From Candidatus Cloacimonadota bacterium (lineage in GTDB: Bacteria > Cloacimonadota > Cloacimonadia > JGIOTU-2), in assembly GCA_049903315.1 (NCBI GenBank), contig JBNGBT010000007.1, positions 360 through 64,359 on the forward strand: a stretch of 64,000 nucleotides of DNA, in the 5' to 3' direction. Of the stretch, positions 1 to 9,338 are shown piece by piece; position 1 is the first letter of the stretch; every line of letters begins with the position of its first letter. Below the pieces are notes generated by a model. The model saw only the letters and a list, made by a program, of their open reading frames with translations, had not been told where the DNA came from and ran no database searches. Both the position numbers and the translations under genes were made by a program.

Positions 1-1
1 G

Positions 2-382
2 CTTCTTTTCTTTGTAGAAAAAGATGATGAAACCGGATATGATGTCTATTCTCTCGATGGTCCGATCTTTGTTTCGAATGATGAACCACCTACACAAAAT
101 GAAATCATAATTGAACAGTTTCCGAATCCATTTAGGAATTCCATTACATTCAGGTTATATCCCACCACAGAGCACACAGAGGACACAGAGATAAAGATTT
201 ACAACATAAAGGGACAACTCGTTAGGGAACTCCGCTTCGACGCTTCTTCGCTTTCTCGCTTCCGCGAGTTAACCTGGGATGGGAAGGATAAGAAAGGGAA
301 TGTTTTGAAACAGGGAATATATTTCTACCGTTGTAATATTGGAAATAAAAATTATTCTGGTAAAATTATAAAACTATATTAG
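2..382 (+). CDS. 5'-truncated secreted protein with FlgD-Ig/T9SS-like CTD; paralog of the next gene
   Basis: Frame 2 reads LLFFVEKDDETGYDVYSLDGP...FPNPF...IKIYNIKGQLVREL...WDGKD...GIYFY...KLY*. The pre-CTD part matches LLLFVDRDDDNGYDVYTLDGP in 391..1935. Confidence 0.8.
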   Translation, partial: LLFFVEKDDETGYDVYSLDGPIFVSNDEPPTQNEIIIEQFPNPFRNSITFRLYPTTEHTEDTEIKIYNIKGQLVRELRFDASSLSRFRELTWDGKDKKGNVLKQGIYFYRCNIGNKNYSGKIIKLY

Positions 383-390
383 GAGTTATT

Positions 391-1935
391 ATGAAAAATA
401 TATGTCTTTTCGTTTTGCTCTTTGTGTTTTTTGTTAGTATTCTATGTGCAGATGTAAATTTTCAGTATGAGTTCAGTCTTTATAAGCCTGATTTGAGTGA
501 TCATTTATGTAATATTGAATTGTTTGATTATAATGACGATGGGATTGAAGAAATATTCATTGGTTATAGTAATGAAAATTTTATGAAGATAGTATGTTAT
601 GACTTATCTGGTGATACTATCATTACATTTAATGACACCCTCGCTTCTGATGCGGAGTTCCAAAAATTCTCTATATTTAAAATGGATGGAGAGAATAATT
701 TAATAACTGGCACACATTTCACGAGTAATACAAATACAAAGAAATTAATGTTACGATTATATGAATTCCAAACATTCTCTTTCGTAGATTCGATAATTTA
801 TGAAGTTCCTTATTGGACAGGAGATTGGGAAAATTCGTTAGATATCAAATCTCTACTCATATCTTGGACGAATATGCATAAATTTATTTACATCGGTTAT
901 ATTTATTCTTATGATTGGGATTATGGTATTGGATGTGATAATTATTATGATTCGTATATCACAAAATTTCAATATACTGACTCCTTTTCATTCGTTCAAA
1001 ACATTATAGAATGCGGATTAGATTTAAGTCAATTAAGCGACTCATTAATTGCTAGTGTAGGGTATTCTATTGATGATGATTGTGGGTGGGAATGGCACTA
1101 TGAGGACAGAACGTATTTTGTCAAAACCCTTTCTAATGAAATAATTTCAAATATTAATAATATTTTGGAAATAGATGGTGGTCACTCATATGATTCAGGC
1201 ACTTATTCAAATTTCCCAGTACAATTAATGTTTATTTCAAGAAATAATTTAAATTCAGAAATATATGGCAATTTGTTATATTATAAAATATTGGATAGTT
1301 GGATTGGAAATACAGCTAATTTTAAAAATTTTTCATGTGATTATTCAGTACTATTATGGGAAAGAGAAGATACAGAAACAGGTCTTGATGATATTATATC
1401 AAGTTCTTGTGTTAATATTTATAACGATGATAAATATGTTATTTATTTTCGAACAGACAATTTGGAAATCAGGGACAGAGTGAATGGAAATATATATTAT
1501 CATCAAGAATCTTCAATAATACCCTCTAATATTTTGAGAACGAGTGATGGTGAATTACTTCTGTTTGTCGATCGAGATGATGATAATGGTTATGATGTTT
1601 ATACTCTTGATGGTCCATTCTTTGGAATCGACCATAATAATAATGTTTTTGATGATCGAAAAGCTATAAATTTCCCCAATCCTTTCCATTCATCAACGAT
1701 CTTTTCATTCTCATCAAAAGAACCGATCCAAAATGCTGAGATTAAAATATACAATATCAAAGGTCAGCTCGTCCAAGAATTACGCTTCAACGCTTCTTCG
1801 CTTTCTCGCTTTCACACTGCCATTTGGGATGGTTTAGATAAACATGGACAGAAAGTCTCACCAGGAGTGTATTTGTATCAGCTTCTGATCGATGGGGAGC
1901 AAAAAGCAGAAAGGAAATGTTTATTAATTGAATAA
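391..1935 (+). CDS. Secreted protein with FlgD-Ig/T9SS-like CTD
   Basis: Signal peptide; C-terminal NFPNPF...IYNIKGQLV...WDG.D..G..V.PGVYLY; AGGAG RBS. Confidence 0.8.
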   Translation: MKNICLFVLLFVFFVSILCADVNFQYEFSLYKPDLSDHLCNIELFDYNDDGIEEIFIGYSNENFMKIVCYDLSGDTIITFNDTLASDAEFQKFSIFKMDGENNLITGTHFTSNTNTKKLMLRLYEFQTFSFVDSIIYEVPYWTGDWENSLDIKSLLISWTNMHKFIYIGYIYSYDWDYGIGCDNYYDSYITKFQYTDSFSFVQNIIECGLDLSQLSDSLIASVGYSIDDDCGWEWHYEDRTYFVKTLSNEIISNINNILEIDGGHSYDSGTYSNFPVQLMFISRNNLNSEIYGNLLYYKILDSWIGNTANFKNFSCDYSVLLWEREDTETGLDDIISSSCVNIYNDDKYVIYFRTDNLEIRDRVNGNIYYHQESSIIPSNILRTSDGELLLFVDRDDDNGYDVYTLDGPFFGIDHNNNVFDDRKAINFPNPFHSSTIFSFSSKEPIQNAEIKIYNIKGQLVQELRFNASSLSRFHTAIWDGLDKHGQKVSPGVYLYQLLIDGEQKAERKCLLIE

Positions 1936-4900
1936 TGTCTTATAAAAAGTTCATTCTTGCAATTCTTTTTTTATTCATATCAACACTTCTCTTTTCTCTT
2001 CAACGGGCAAACATAATAGAGGATTTTGAAAGAGGATCCGTTACTTTGCAATCTTACCCGGGACAGGACTTCGATCCCGATGACTGGTGCATTGATTCCA
2101 CAATTACTCATAATGTTTCACAGTACTCATTAAAACTCTTTGGCAACACATGGAAAGTTGAACAGATCACTCCAATACAACTCGATACGAATGCAGTATG
2201 GTCAGTTTCAATGTATATGCAGACAAAAGGAGAGATACACGGATTCGGAATTATTGATTCAGCGAATGTGCTCATGTACTCACTCGACGGAAGCGAAGAG
2301 TTAGATATCGAAGAATTTATTACAGTGTATCAAGGCGCTTTCCCGGAACAGGAATGGGATACCTTTCTTTTGCCAGTAGCAGATGACTGGTTTGCGTGGT
2401 TCGAATACTATCCCAAAATTACAGGCTTACTTTTTATTAATGACATTGATACAGACCCGACAGGTGTGGTCTATTTTGATGATATTCTCGATGTCACAGG
2501 AGATTTGCCGGTTATTCCAGAAGTAGAAATATCATCATCTCAGGGACGAGAATACTCTGATAAATTCGGAAACAGAAATATGGATGTACAATTCTACTCA
2601 GATGTTTATGATCCTGACAGCGATACATTATTTTATTACTGGAATTTCGGGGATGGAGACTCGAGTTCTGTAGAGAATCCTACTCACACGTACATAATTT
2701 ATGATGATCATCCTTATAATGTATTTCTGGAAGTCACCGATAACACCGGAATGATAGGCAGAGCAAACTGTGAGATCGTACCTGAGCCGGGTTCATCCTC
2801 ATTTCCGATTACAATGAATTTTGTTGGAGATATTCTGCTTGCGCGCGGCTACGAAAATTCGGGAGGCATCATACAAACTTATGGAGTGGAAGCAATATTT
2901 GAACCAACGATCGATCTTTTGGGAAATGCAGCAGATGTGACGATTGCAAATTTGGAATGTCCTCTTACAAATCAAGGAACTCATCACCCGACCAAACCGA
3001 TTTATTTTCGCGGCGATCCGGATAATGTGGATGGGCTCGTTTATGCAGGTATCGACATTGTAACACTTGCGAACAATCATATCCTTGATTATATGCTTAC
3101 TGGAATGCAGCAAACGCAGGATGTTCTTGGACAAAATGGAATTCTTTCGTCAGGGGCAGGAGCAGATTCCTACGAAGCATACACTCCGATATTGTATACG
3201 CAGAACGGAGTGACTTTTGCTTTCCTCGCTTCGAGCGACCGGACAGGACAGTACAACAACTATCAGCCATATTTAAATGCCGGATTCAACAAACCCGGAT
3301 TTGCCTATTTGACTCCATATTACCTCACAGAGCAAATTGCGGATGTCGAGGATGTTGCGGATTATCTTATTATGGAAATGCATGCGGGAAGCGAGTATTC
3401 GCTTGCTCCGGGCAGTGAATATGACAAATCCGAAGAACTCAATCCGTATCAGGATGAGGGATACAATCCAAAAGCGGATATTCCGCACATGTGGGATAGA
3501 GCACTGCGTCATCATGCAATAGATTCCGGCGCTGATCTCGTCATTTGTCATCATCCGCATATCATTCAAGGCTTTGAAGTGTATGACCAAAAATTGATTG
3601 CTCATTCGCTTGGAAATTTTATATTCGACCTTACATATCCGGAAACCATGCCGACAATGATCCTCAATGCAAAGATCAACGAAACAGGATTTTTCGAATA
3701 TACTGTCACACCTGCCTATATCGATGACTGGATTCCTCAACCTGCACTTGGTGGTATGGGGCTTCATCTACTGGATTATCTTGCATTTCGATCAAAAGAA
3801 CTCGATACCTATATGTATGTAGATAGAGAGGAAGTCATTGGAAAAATTGTTCTCGATACCCTTTCAATGGAGATAAATACTGAGGTGGTTTTTGAAGATA
3901 TTGAGATTGAGCATATAGGAAATAATTATATTTCAAAACCTCAAGAGCTTGCACATCATGCAAATATTTCTGAAATAAGTTCGATTACACCACAGAGCAA
4001 CTGGGAATATCGAGTTGGCAGAGATCTGGTCTGGTTTGGAAATATGGAGGATGAAGGATGCACTATGTGGGAACTGATCGAGCCGGAAGAATTTTACGAT
4101 AATACCACTTCCTATGAAGATCAGCGCTCGATAGGGCACGTGTGGGATGAAGATAATTATTATGACCTTTCTACAAAACTTGAAGGGCGGATAAGACGAT
4201 ATTCGGATTCTACCAGTTATTCTCTGAGTGGATATATCAAAACAAAGGATGCGCAGGGAGTTACAATTCAGATACGCTATTATGAGTCGAGATGGTATCC
4301 TACAATGCTCGGTTCGGAATATATATCAGAAAAAATAACAAGTGATACAGATTGGACATATTATCATAAAGAACTCACTGTACCATCTCAAACTAATTAT
4401 TTCGATATTCTTCTCATTTCTGAAACGCCAAACTCGGGTATTTCTTACGCGTGGTTTGATAATGTCGGACTCATCGAGTGGAATGATTGGGAGTTCCAAT
4501 CGAGTAATCCTACAATTACCAATCCGAATGATTATTATTTCTATCAAGTCAGAACAGATGAGCCACTCGTGAATGCGGCAGTTAAATATATGGAAACAGC
4601 ATATGGTCCGATTCCGCAAGTAGGCATCGATGATGAATCCGATCAGAATCAGGTGATTTCTCAAGTGGTTAACTTTCCAAATCCTTTTGATAATTCTACC
4701 AAGATATCTTTTACATTGAAGGAAAATATAGAAGATGTTGCCGTGAAAATCTATAACATAAAAGGACAGCTTATCAGAGAACTTTACCCTGCCAACTCTT
4801 CACCCTCTCACTCCATCTCAGTAACATGGGATGCAAAAGACTCATTTGGAAAGAATGCTGCAAATGGGATATATTTCTATACAATTTCTTCAGGCAACAA

Positions 4901-4937
4901 TGTTTTGGATACTCAGAAATGCTTGTTGTTAAGATAA
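1935..4937 (+). CDS. CapA-family metallophosphatase-like protein with PKD domain and FlgD-Ig CTD
   Basis: FVGDILLAR, ANLECPL, TLANNHILDY, HAGSEY, CHHPH, HSLGNFIFD CapA motifs; WNFGDG...NPTHTY PKD; CTD. Confidence 0.85.
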   Translation: MSYKKFILAILFLFISTLLFSLQRANIIEDFERGSVTLQSYPGQDFDPDDWCIDSTITHNVSQYSLKLFGNTWKVEQITPIQLDTNAVWSVSMYMQTKGEIHGFGIIDSANVLMYSLDGSEELDIEEFITVYQGAFPEQEWDTFLLPVADDWFAWFEYYPKITGLLFINDIDTDPTGVVYFDDILDVTGDLPVIPEVEISSSQGREYSDKFGNRNMDVQFYSDVYDPDSDTLFYYWNFGDGDSSSVENPTHTYIIYDDHPYNVFLEVTDNTGMIGRANCEIVPEPGSSSFPITMNFVGDILLARGYENSGGIIQTYGVEAIFEPTIDLLGNAADVTIANLECPLTNQGTHHPTKPIYFRGDPDNVDGLVYAGIDIVTLANNHILDYMLTGMQQTQDVLGQNGILSSGAGADSYEAYTPILYTQNGVTFAFLASSDRTGQYNNYQPYLNAGFNKPGFAYLTPYYLTEQIADVEDVADYLIMEMHAGSEYSLAPGSEYDKSEELNPYQDEGYNPKADIPHMWDRALRHHAIDSGADLVICHHPHIIQGFEVYDQKLIAHSLGNFIFDLTYPETMPTMILNAKINETGFFEYTVTPAYIDDWIPQPALGGMGLHLLDYLAFRSKELDTYMYVDREEVIGKIVLDTLSMEINTEVVFEDIEIEHIGNNYISKPQELAHHANISEISSITPQSNWEYRVGRDLVWFGNMEDEGCTMWELIEPEEFYDNTTSYEDQRSIGHVWDEDNYYDLSTKLEGRIRRYSDSTSYSLSGYIKTKDAQGVTIQIRYYESRWYPTMLGSEYISEKITSDTDWTYYHKELTVPSQTNYFDILLISETPNSGISYAWFDNVGLIEWNDWEFQSSNPTITNPNDYYFYQVRTDEPLVNAAVKYMETAYGPIPQVGIDDESDQNQVISQVVNFPNPFDNSTKISFTLKENIEDVAVKIYNIKGQLIRELYPANSSPSHSISVTWDAKDSFGKNAANGIYFYTISSGNNVLDTQKCLLLR

Positions 4938-5630
4938 AGAATATCGAATGCTAATTATTGATAATTTAAAATCAAAAATCTTCAATCGGTGTTCGATATT
5001 CTTAAATCAAAAGAAAAAGAGAATATCGAATGATGATTAACGATTTGAGATTTAAGAAGGGAAGAAAATATGGATAAGTTTGACTTAGAAGAAAGGTTAA
5101 TAAGCTTTGCGGTTTTAATAATTGAGATTGCGAGTGAAATGGCAATGACAAAAGCTGGAAATCATTTATCGGGTCAATTGATTCGCTCGGGAACATCTCC
5201 AGCACTTAATTATGGGGAAGCACAAAGTGGTGAATCCCGAAAAGATTTTATTCATAAAATGAAAATTGTTTTAAAGGAGTTAAGAGAATCTCTTGTTTGT
5301 CTGAAAATAATCGAAAAAGCCAGACTGCATAAGAAGCTTGAGAAAATTGAAAAAGCAAAAATAGAATGTAATGAACTGATTTCGATCTTTGTTAAAAGTA
5401 TTGAGACTGCTGAAAATAATCTTAAGAAGAAAGATAATATCGAATGATGATTAACGATTGAGAACTTAAGAAGATTAACGATTTTCTTAAAATCAAAAAT
5501 CTTCAATCGGTGTTCGATGTTCTTAAATCAAATGAAAAAGAGAATGATGAATGATGATTAACGATTTGAGATTTAGGAAGTTAACCATATCTTCAATCTT
5601 CAATCAGTGTTCGATGTTCTAAAATCAAAA
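4938..5630. repeat. 7-nt-periodic A/B repeat array flanking the four-helix-bundle gene, including a 92-bp direct repeat (4968-5059 / 5489-5580)
   Basis: Unit A gaatatc-gaatgat-gattaac-gatttga-gatttaa; unit B aatcaaa-aatcttc-aatcggt-gttcgat-attc, an approximate reverse complement of A; 6 mismatches between the two 92-bp copies. Confidence 0.9.
5070..5447 (+). CDS. Four helix bundle protein (TIGR02436 / 23S rRNA-IVP-like family)
   Basis: DLEERL..FA, QLIRSGTSPALNYGEAQ.GESRKDFIHKMKIVLKELRES, NELISIFVKS. Confidence 0.9.
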   Translation: MDKFDLEERLISFAVLIIEIASEMAMTKAGNHLSGQLIRSGTSPALNYGEAQSGESRKDFIHKMKIVLKELRESLVCLKIIEKARLHKKLEKIEKAKIECNELISIFVKSIETAENNLKKKDNIE

Positions 5631-5635
5631 GGTAA

Positions 5636-6649
<1,014 letters not shown>

Positions 6650-6662
6650 AGGATAGGGTGTC

Positions 6663-7280
6663 ATGCATCGTAATAGTCAAAGGAGAGTATATGGAGATCA
6701 AATTTATTTCATTACGAGTAGGGTAGAAGGTGAGTACAAATTTTTTAAACATCAAACTTTATGTGATGTTTGGATTCAAGAGTTGAGATTAACCAAAGAT
6801 GTTACACATATGAAATTATTTACTTTTTGTTTGAATTATGATCATTTTCATTTGTTAATAAAACCAGACATTACCGAAGCAAATTATTCGAAAATTATGC
6901 AATTTTTGAAACGCCATTCATCACGAAATATTAATATCATTTTGGGTTACAACAAACGATCAAACGAAGGCGATATTGGCCAATATCGCCTTCAAAATAA
7001 AATAAATAATGCGCATTATCGCCTTCGGAATGAATTGAAAAAAATCGATGAGTATGTTTTGAAATTGCGTGAATCGTTCAAACAAATATATGGAAAAAAC
7101 CATGATATTCCCAAATTTAAATGGCAAAAATCATTTTTCGATCATGTGATACGAAATAAAAAAGATTTTGTAAAACATTTCAATTACACAATGTACAACT
7201 TTCTTAAACATGAATTGCCTGAAAAATGGAAATATACCGGACTTAGATATCATGATTTATTAGATGAATTCATTGAGTAA
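6663..7280 (+). mobile_element. REP-associated tyrosine transposase (RAYT, Y1/HUH family)
   Basis: IYFITS, DHFHLL (HUH), FKWQKSFFDHVIRN, Y..YN, WKY motifs. Confidence 0.8.
6966..6993. repeat. Perfect 28-bp REP-like palindrome inside the RAYT gene
   Basis: gaaggcgatattgg|ccaatatcgccttc; half copy tatcgccttc at 7017-7026. Confidence 0.85.
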
Positions 7281-7354
7281 AATAGTTCTATGGCATAATT
7301 ATAAATAATGAATAACCATATAGAATTTATAGAGACATACAGCAAGGATACATT

Positions 7355-8461
7355 ATGAATAAATCGGAATATTATGATTGGCTTCGATTGGTGTCTGTAA
7401 AAGGTCTCGGACCAGAAACAATTCAGAAATTACTCACAAAATACTCGGCACCGGCACATATTTTTAATGCAACAAAGAACGAGCTGACAGAGCTTTCTTT
7501 TATATCAGATAACCTCGCAGAACACATCCTCGAAAATCAAAAAGAAGAATTTATCGAGAACCAACTTACATTGATAGAAAAGTATAATGTCCACCTGCTT
7601 TCACTCCTTGATGATGAATATCCAAGATTACTCAAGTATAGCTACAATCCACCAGTTGTGCTCTATGTAAAGGGGAATATATTGCCTGAGGATGATCTGT
7701 GTTTTGCTGTGGTCGGTACGCGTAAACCAACACAATACGGTAAGATCGCAGTTCACAAGATCGTACCTAAGCTCTCTCTTGCAGGATTTACAATTGTGAG
7801 TGGACTTGCCTATGGAATCGATGCTGCAGCTCATCATGAAGCCCTGAATACAGGAGGGAGAACCATTGCTGTTTTCGGAACAGGATTAGATACTATCTAT
7901 CCCACGGCAAATAGAAAACTGGCTGAAAGAATTCTTGAAAATGGAGCACTTATCTCAGAACTCCCTCTTGAAAGCAAAATTGAAGCTTGGAATTTTGCAA
8001 ACCGAAATCGTATAATCAGTGGGATGAGTAAAGGGACACTTGTAGTCGAAGGTGCTAAAACCAGTGGTGCACTTTTAACCGCCAAATATGCCCTTGAACA
8101 GAATCGAGATATTTATGCAATACCTGGTAATATTAACTCTCCTCAAAGTGAGGGTCCAAACTATCTTATCAAACTGGGTGCGAAAATCGTATGCAGTTCC
8201 GAAGATATACTCGAAGAATATCAACTTAAATTAAAGCTCGTTAACGAGAATTCATCTAAAGAGTCTAAGCCAAAAGTGGAACTTTCCGCAAGTGAGGAAA
8301 AGATTTATAAACTCCTCATTAAGAATGAGAAAAATCTCAGTCTGGATAAAATGGTCGAATTAGCTGAGCAAAGTCCTGCAGAACTTTCAAGTATTCTTCT
8401 TCAAATGGAGTTTAAGGGATTGGTAAAACGGGGAGCACAGAACAGGTACTGGCTTATATAA
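7355..8461 (+). CDS. dprA: DNA-processing protein DprA
   Basis: AVVGTR, IVSGLAYGIDAAAH, FANRNRIISG, SGALLTA, C-terminal winged helix. Confidence 0.96.
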   Translation: MNKSEYYDWLRLVSVKGLGPETIQKLLTKYSAPAHIFNATKNELTELSFISDNLAEHILENQKEEFIENQLTLIEKYNVHLLSLLDDEYPRLLKYSYNPPVVLYVKGNILPEDDLCFAVVGTRKPTQYGKIAVHKIVPKLSLAGFTIVSGLAYGIDAAAHHEALNTGGRTIAVFGTGLDTIYPTANRKLAERILENGALISELPLESKIEAWNFANRNRIISGMSKGTLVVEGAKTSGALLTAKYALEQNRDIYAIPGNINSPQSEGPNYLIKLGAKIVCSSEDILEEYQLKLKLVNENSSKESKPKVELSASEEKIYKLLIKNEKNLSLDKMVELAEQSPAELSSILLQMEFKGLVKRGAQNRYWLI

Positions 8462-8501
8462 AAAAGAGCTCTTTTAAGAATTGTTTGGGGAGGTAAATAA
8501 T

Positions 8502-8550
8502 AATATCCAATATCCAACAAGGAATATCCAATTACGAAGGAGAAAGAAAA
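8502..8550 (+). repeat. Solo end of a 7-nt-periodic four-helix-bundle element
   Basis: aatatccaatatccaacaaggaatatccaattacgaagg aligns with the reverse complement of 14498-14536 (aatatccaatgtccagcaaggaacgcccaattatgaagg). Confidence 0.7.
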
Positions 8551-8708
8551 AAGCTCATAACCAAGATATCTTTTAATATTCGAGTATATTGTTTCAGAAT
8601 AAGAAAAGAGAGCAATCTACAATGCTGGAGAGAAAATCCAATTGTGTGAAAAAAAATAATTACTTCTCATTCCTCAGGAAAGCTTTCGTGATTTTATCGT
8701 ACGTTAAG

Positions 8709-8748
8709 AAAAAAAAAGACCTTTGCAGCGTTATACCACAAAGGTCTT
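8709..8748 (-). terminator. Rho-independent terminator of groES
   Basis: aagacctttg...caaaggtctt stem followed by a U-run on the minus strand. Confidence 0.8.
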
Positions 8749-8767
8749 AATAAATTAAATGAGTTAA

Positions 8768-9037
8768 CTATTTGATAATTCCTAAAATATCGGATCTTTG
8801 CACAATAAGATATTTCTTGCCTTCAAGTTCTAACTCTGTGCCACCATATTTTGCATAGACTACCTTATCTCCCTCTTTGACGATTTTCTGAAGATCTTCG
8901 TCGTTTCCAACAGCAATGATCTTGCCGATTTGTGGTTTTTCTTTTGCAGTATCGGGGATGATAATGTTGCCGACTTTCTTCTCTTCAGATTCCAATGTCT
9001 CAAGAAGAACTCGATCATCAATAGGTTTAATTTTCAT
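8768..9037 (-). CDS. groES: Co-chaperonin GroES
   Basis: MKIKPIDDRV...IIIPDTAKEKPQ.G..IAVG...VVYAKYGGTE; ATG at 9037 preceded by GGAGGT. Confidence 0.97.
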   Translation of the reverse strand: MKIKPIDDRVLLETLESEEKKVGNIIIPDTAKEKPQIGKIIAVGNDEDLQKIVKEGDKVVYAKYGGTELELEGKKYLIVQRSDILGIIK

Positions 9038-9076
9038 TATACCTCCATGTTCTTTTTTCATTTTGATTTATAGAAA

Positions 9077-9105
9077 AATGTATGGTAGAGAGGAAGATGC
9101 GTCAA
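9077..9105 (-). promoter_or_regulatory. Putative sigma70 promoter of groES
   Basis: TTGACG-N17-TACATT on the minus strand. Confidence 0.55.
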
Positions 9106-9131
9106 GAAATTTTTTGAAAGAATGCAAAATA

Positions 9132-9158
9132 TTAGCATTTAGTGCATCTGATTGCTAA
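9132..9158. promoter_or_regulatory. CIRCE element (HrcA operator)
   Basis: TTAGCATTT-N9-GATTGCTAA versus consensus TTAGCACTC-N9-GAGTGCTAA, upstream of groES. Confidence 0.85.
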
Positions 9159-9338
9159 TATTATGAGTTTTGTACTTCAGTGATTTCTTATTTTATTATC
9201 AAATTGGTGACTATCTTTATTGATAAAAACCATATAAACGCTTTGATGTGCCCGTTCATTAAGGAGACTTTCGAAAAGATAAGCATAAATTCTTGACCAA
9301 AAACACTGCTCATTATTTAAGCAATCAAAAGGCAGTAT

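Noticed and set aside
5070..5447. DGR (Avd-like gene) or 23S rRNA intervening sequence
   Set aside because: No reverse transcriptase, no adenine-specific TR/VR pair that I could find, and no rRNA in the window
4938..5630. CRISPR array
   Set aside because: Units alternate in orientation, are degenerate and lack unique regular spacers; no cas genes are present
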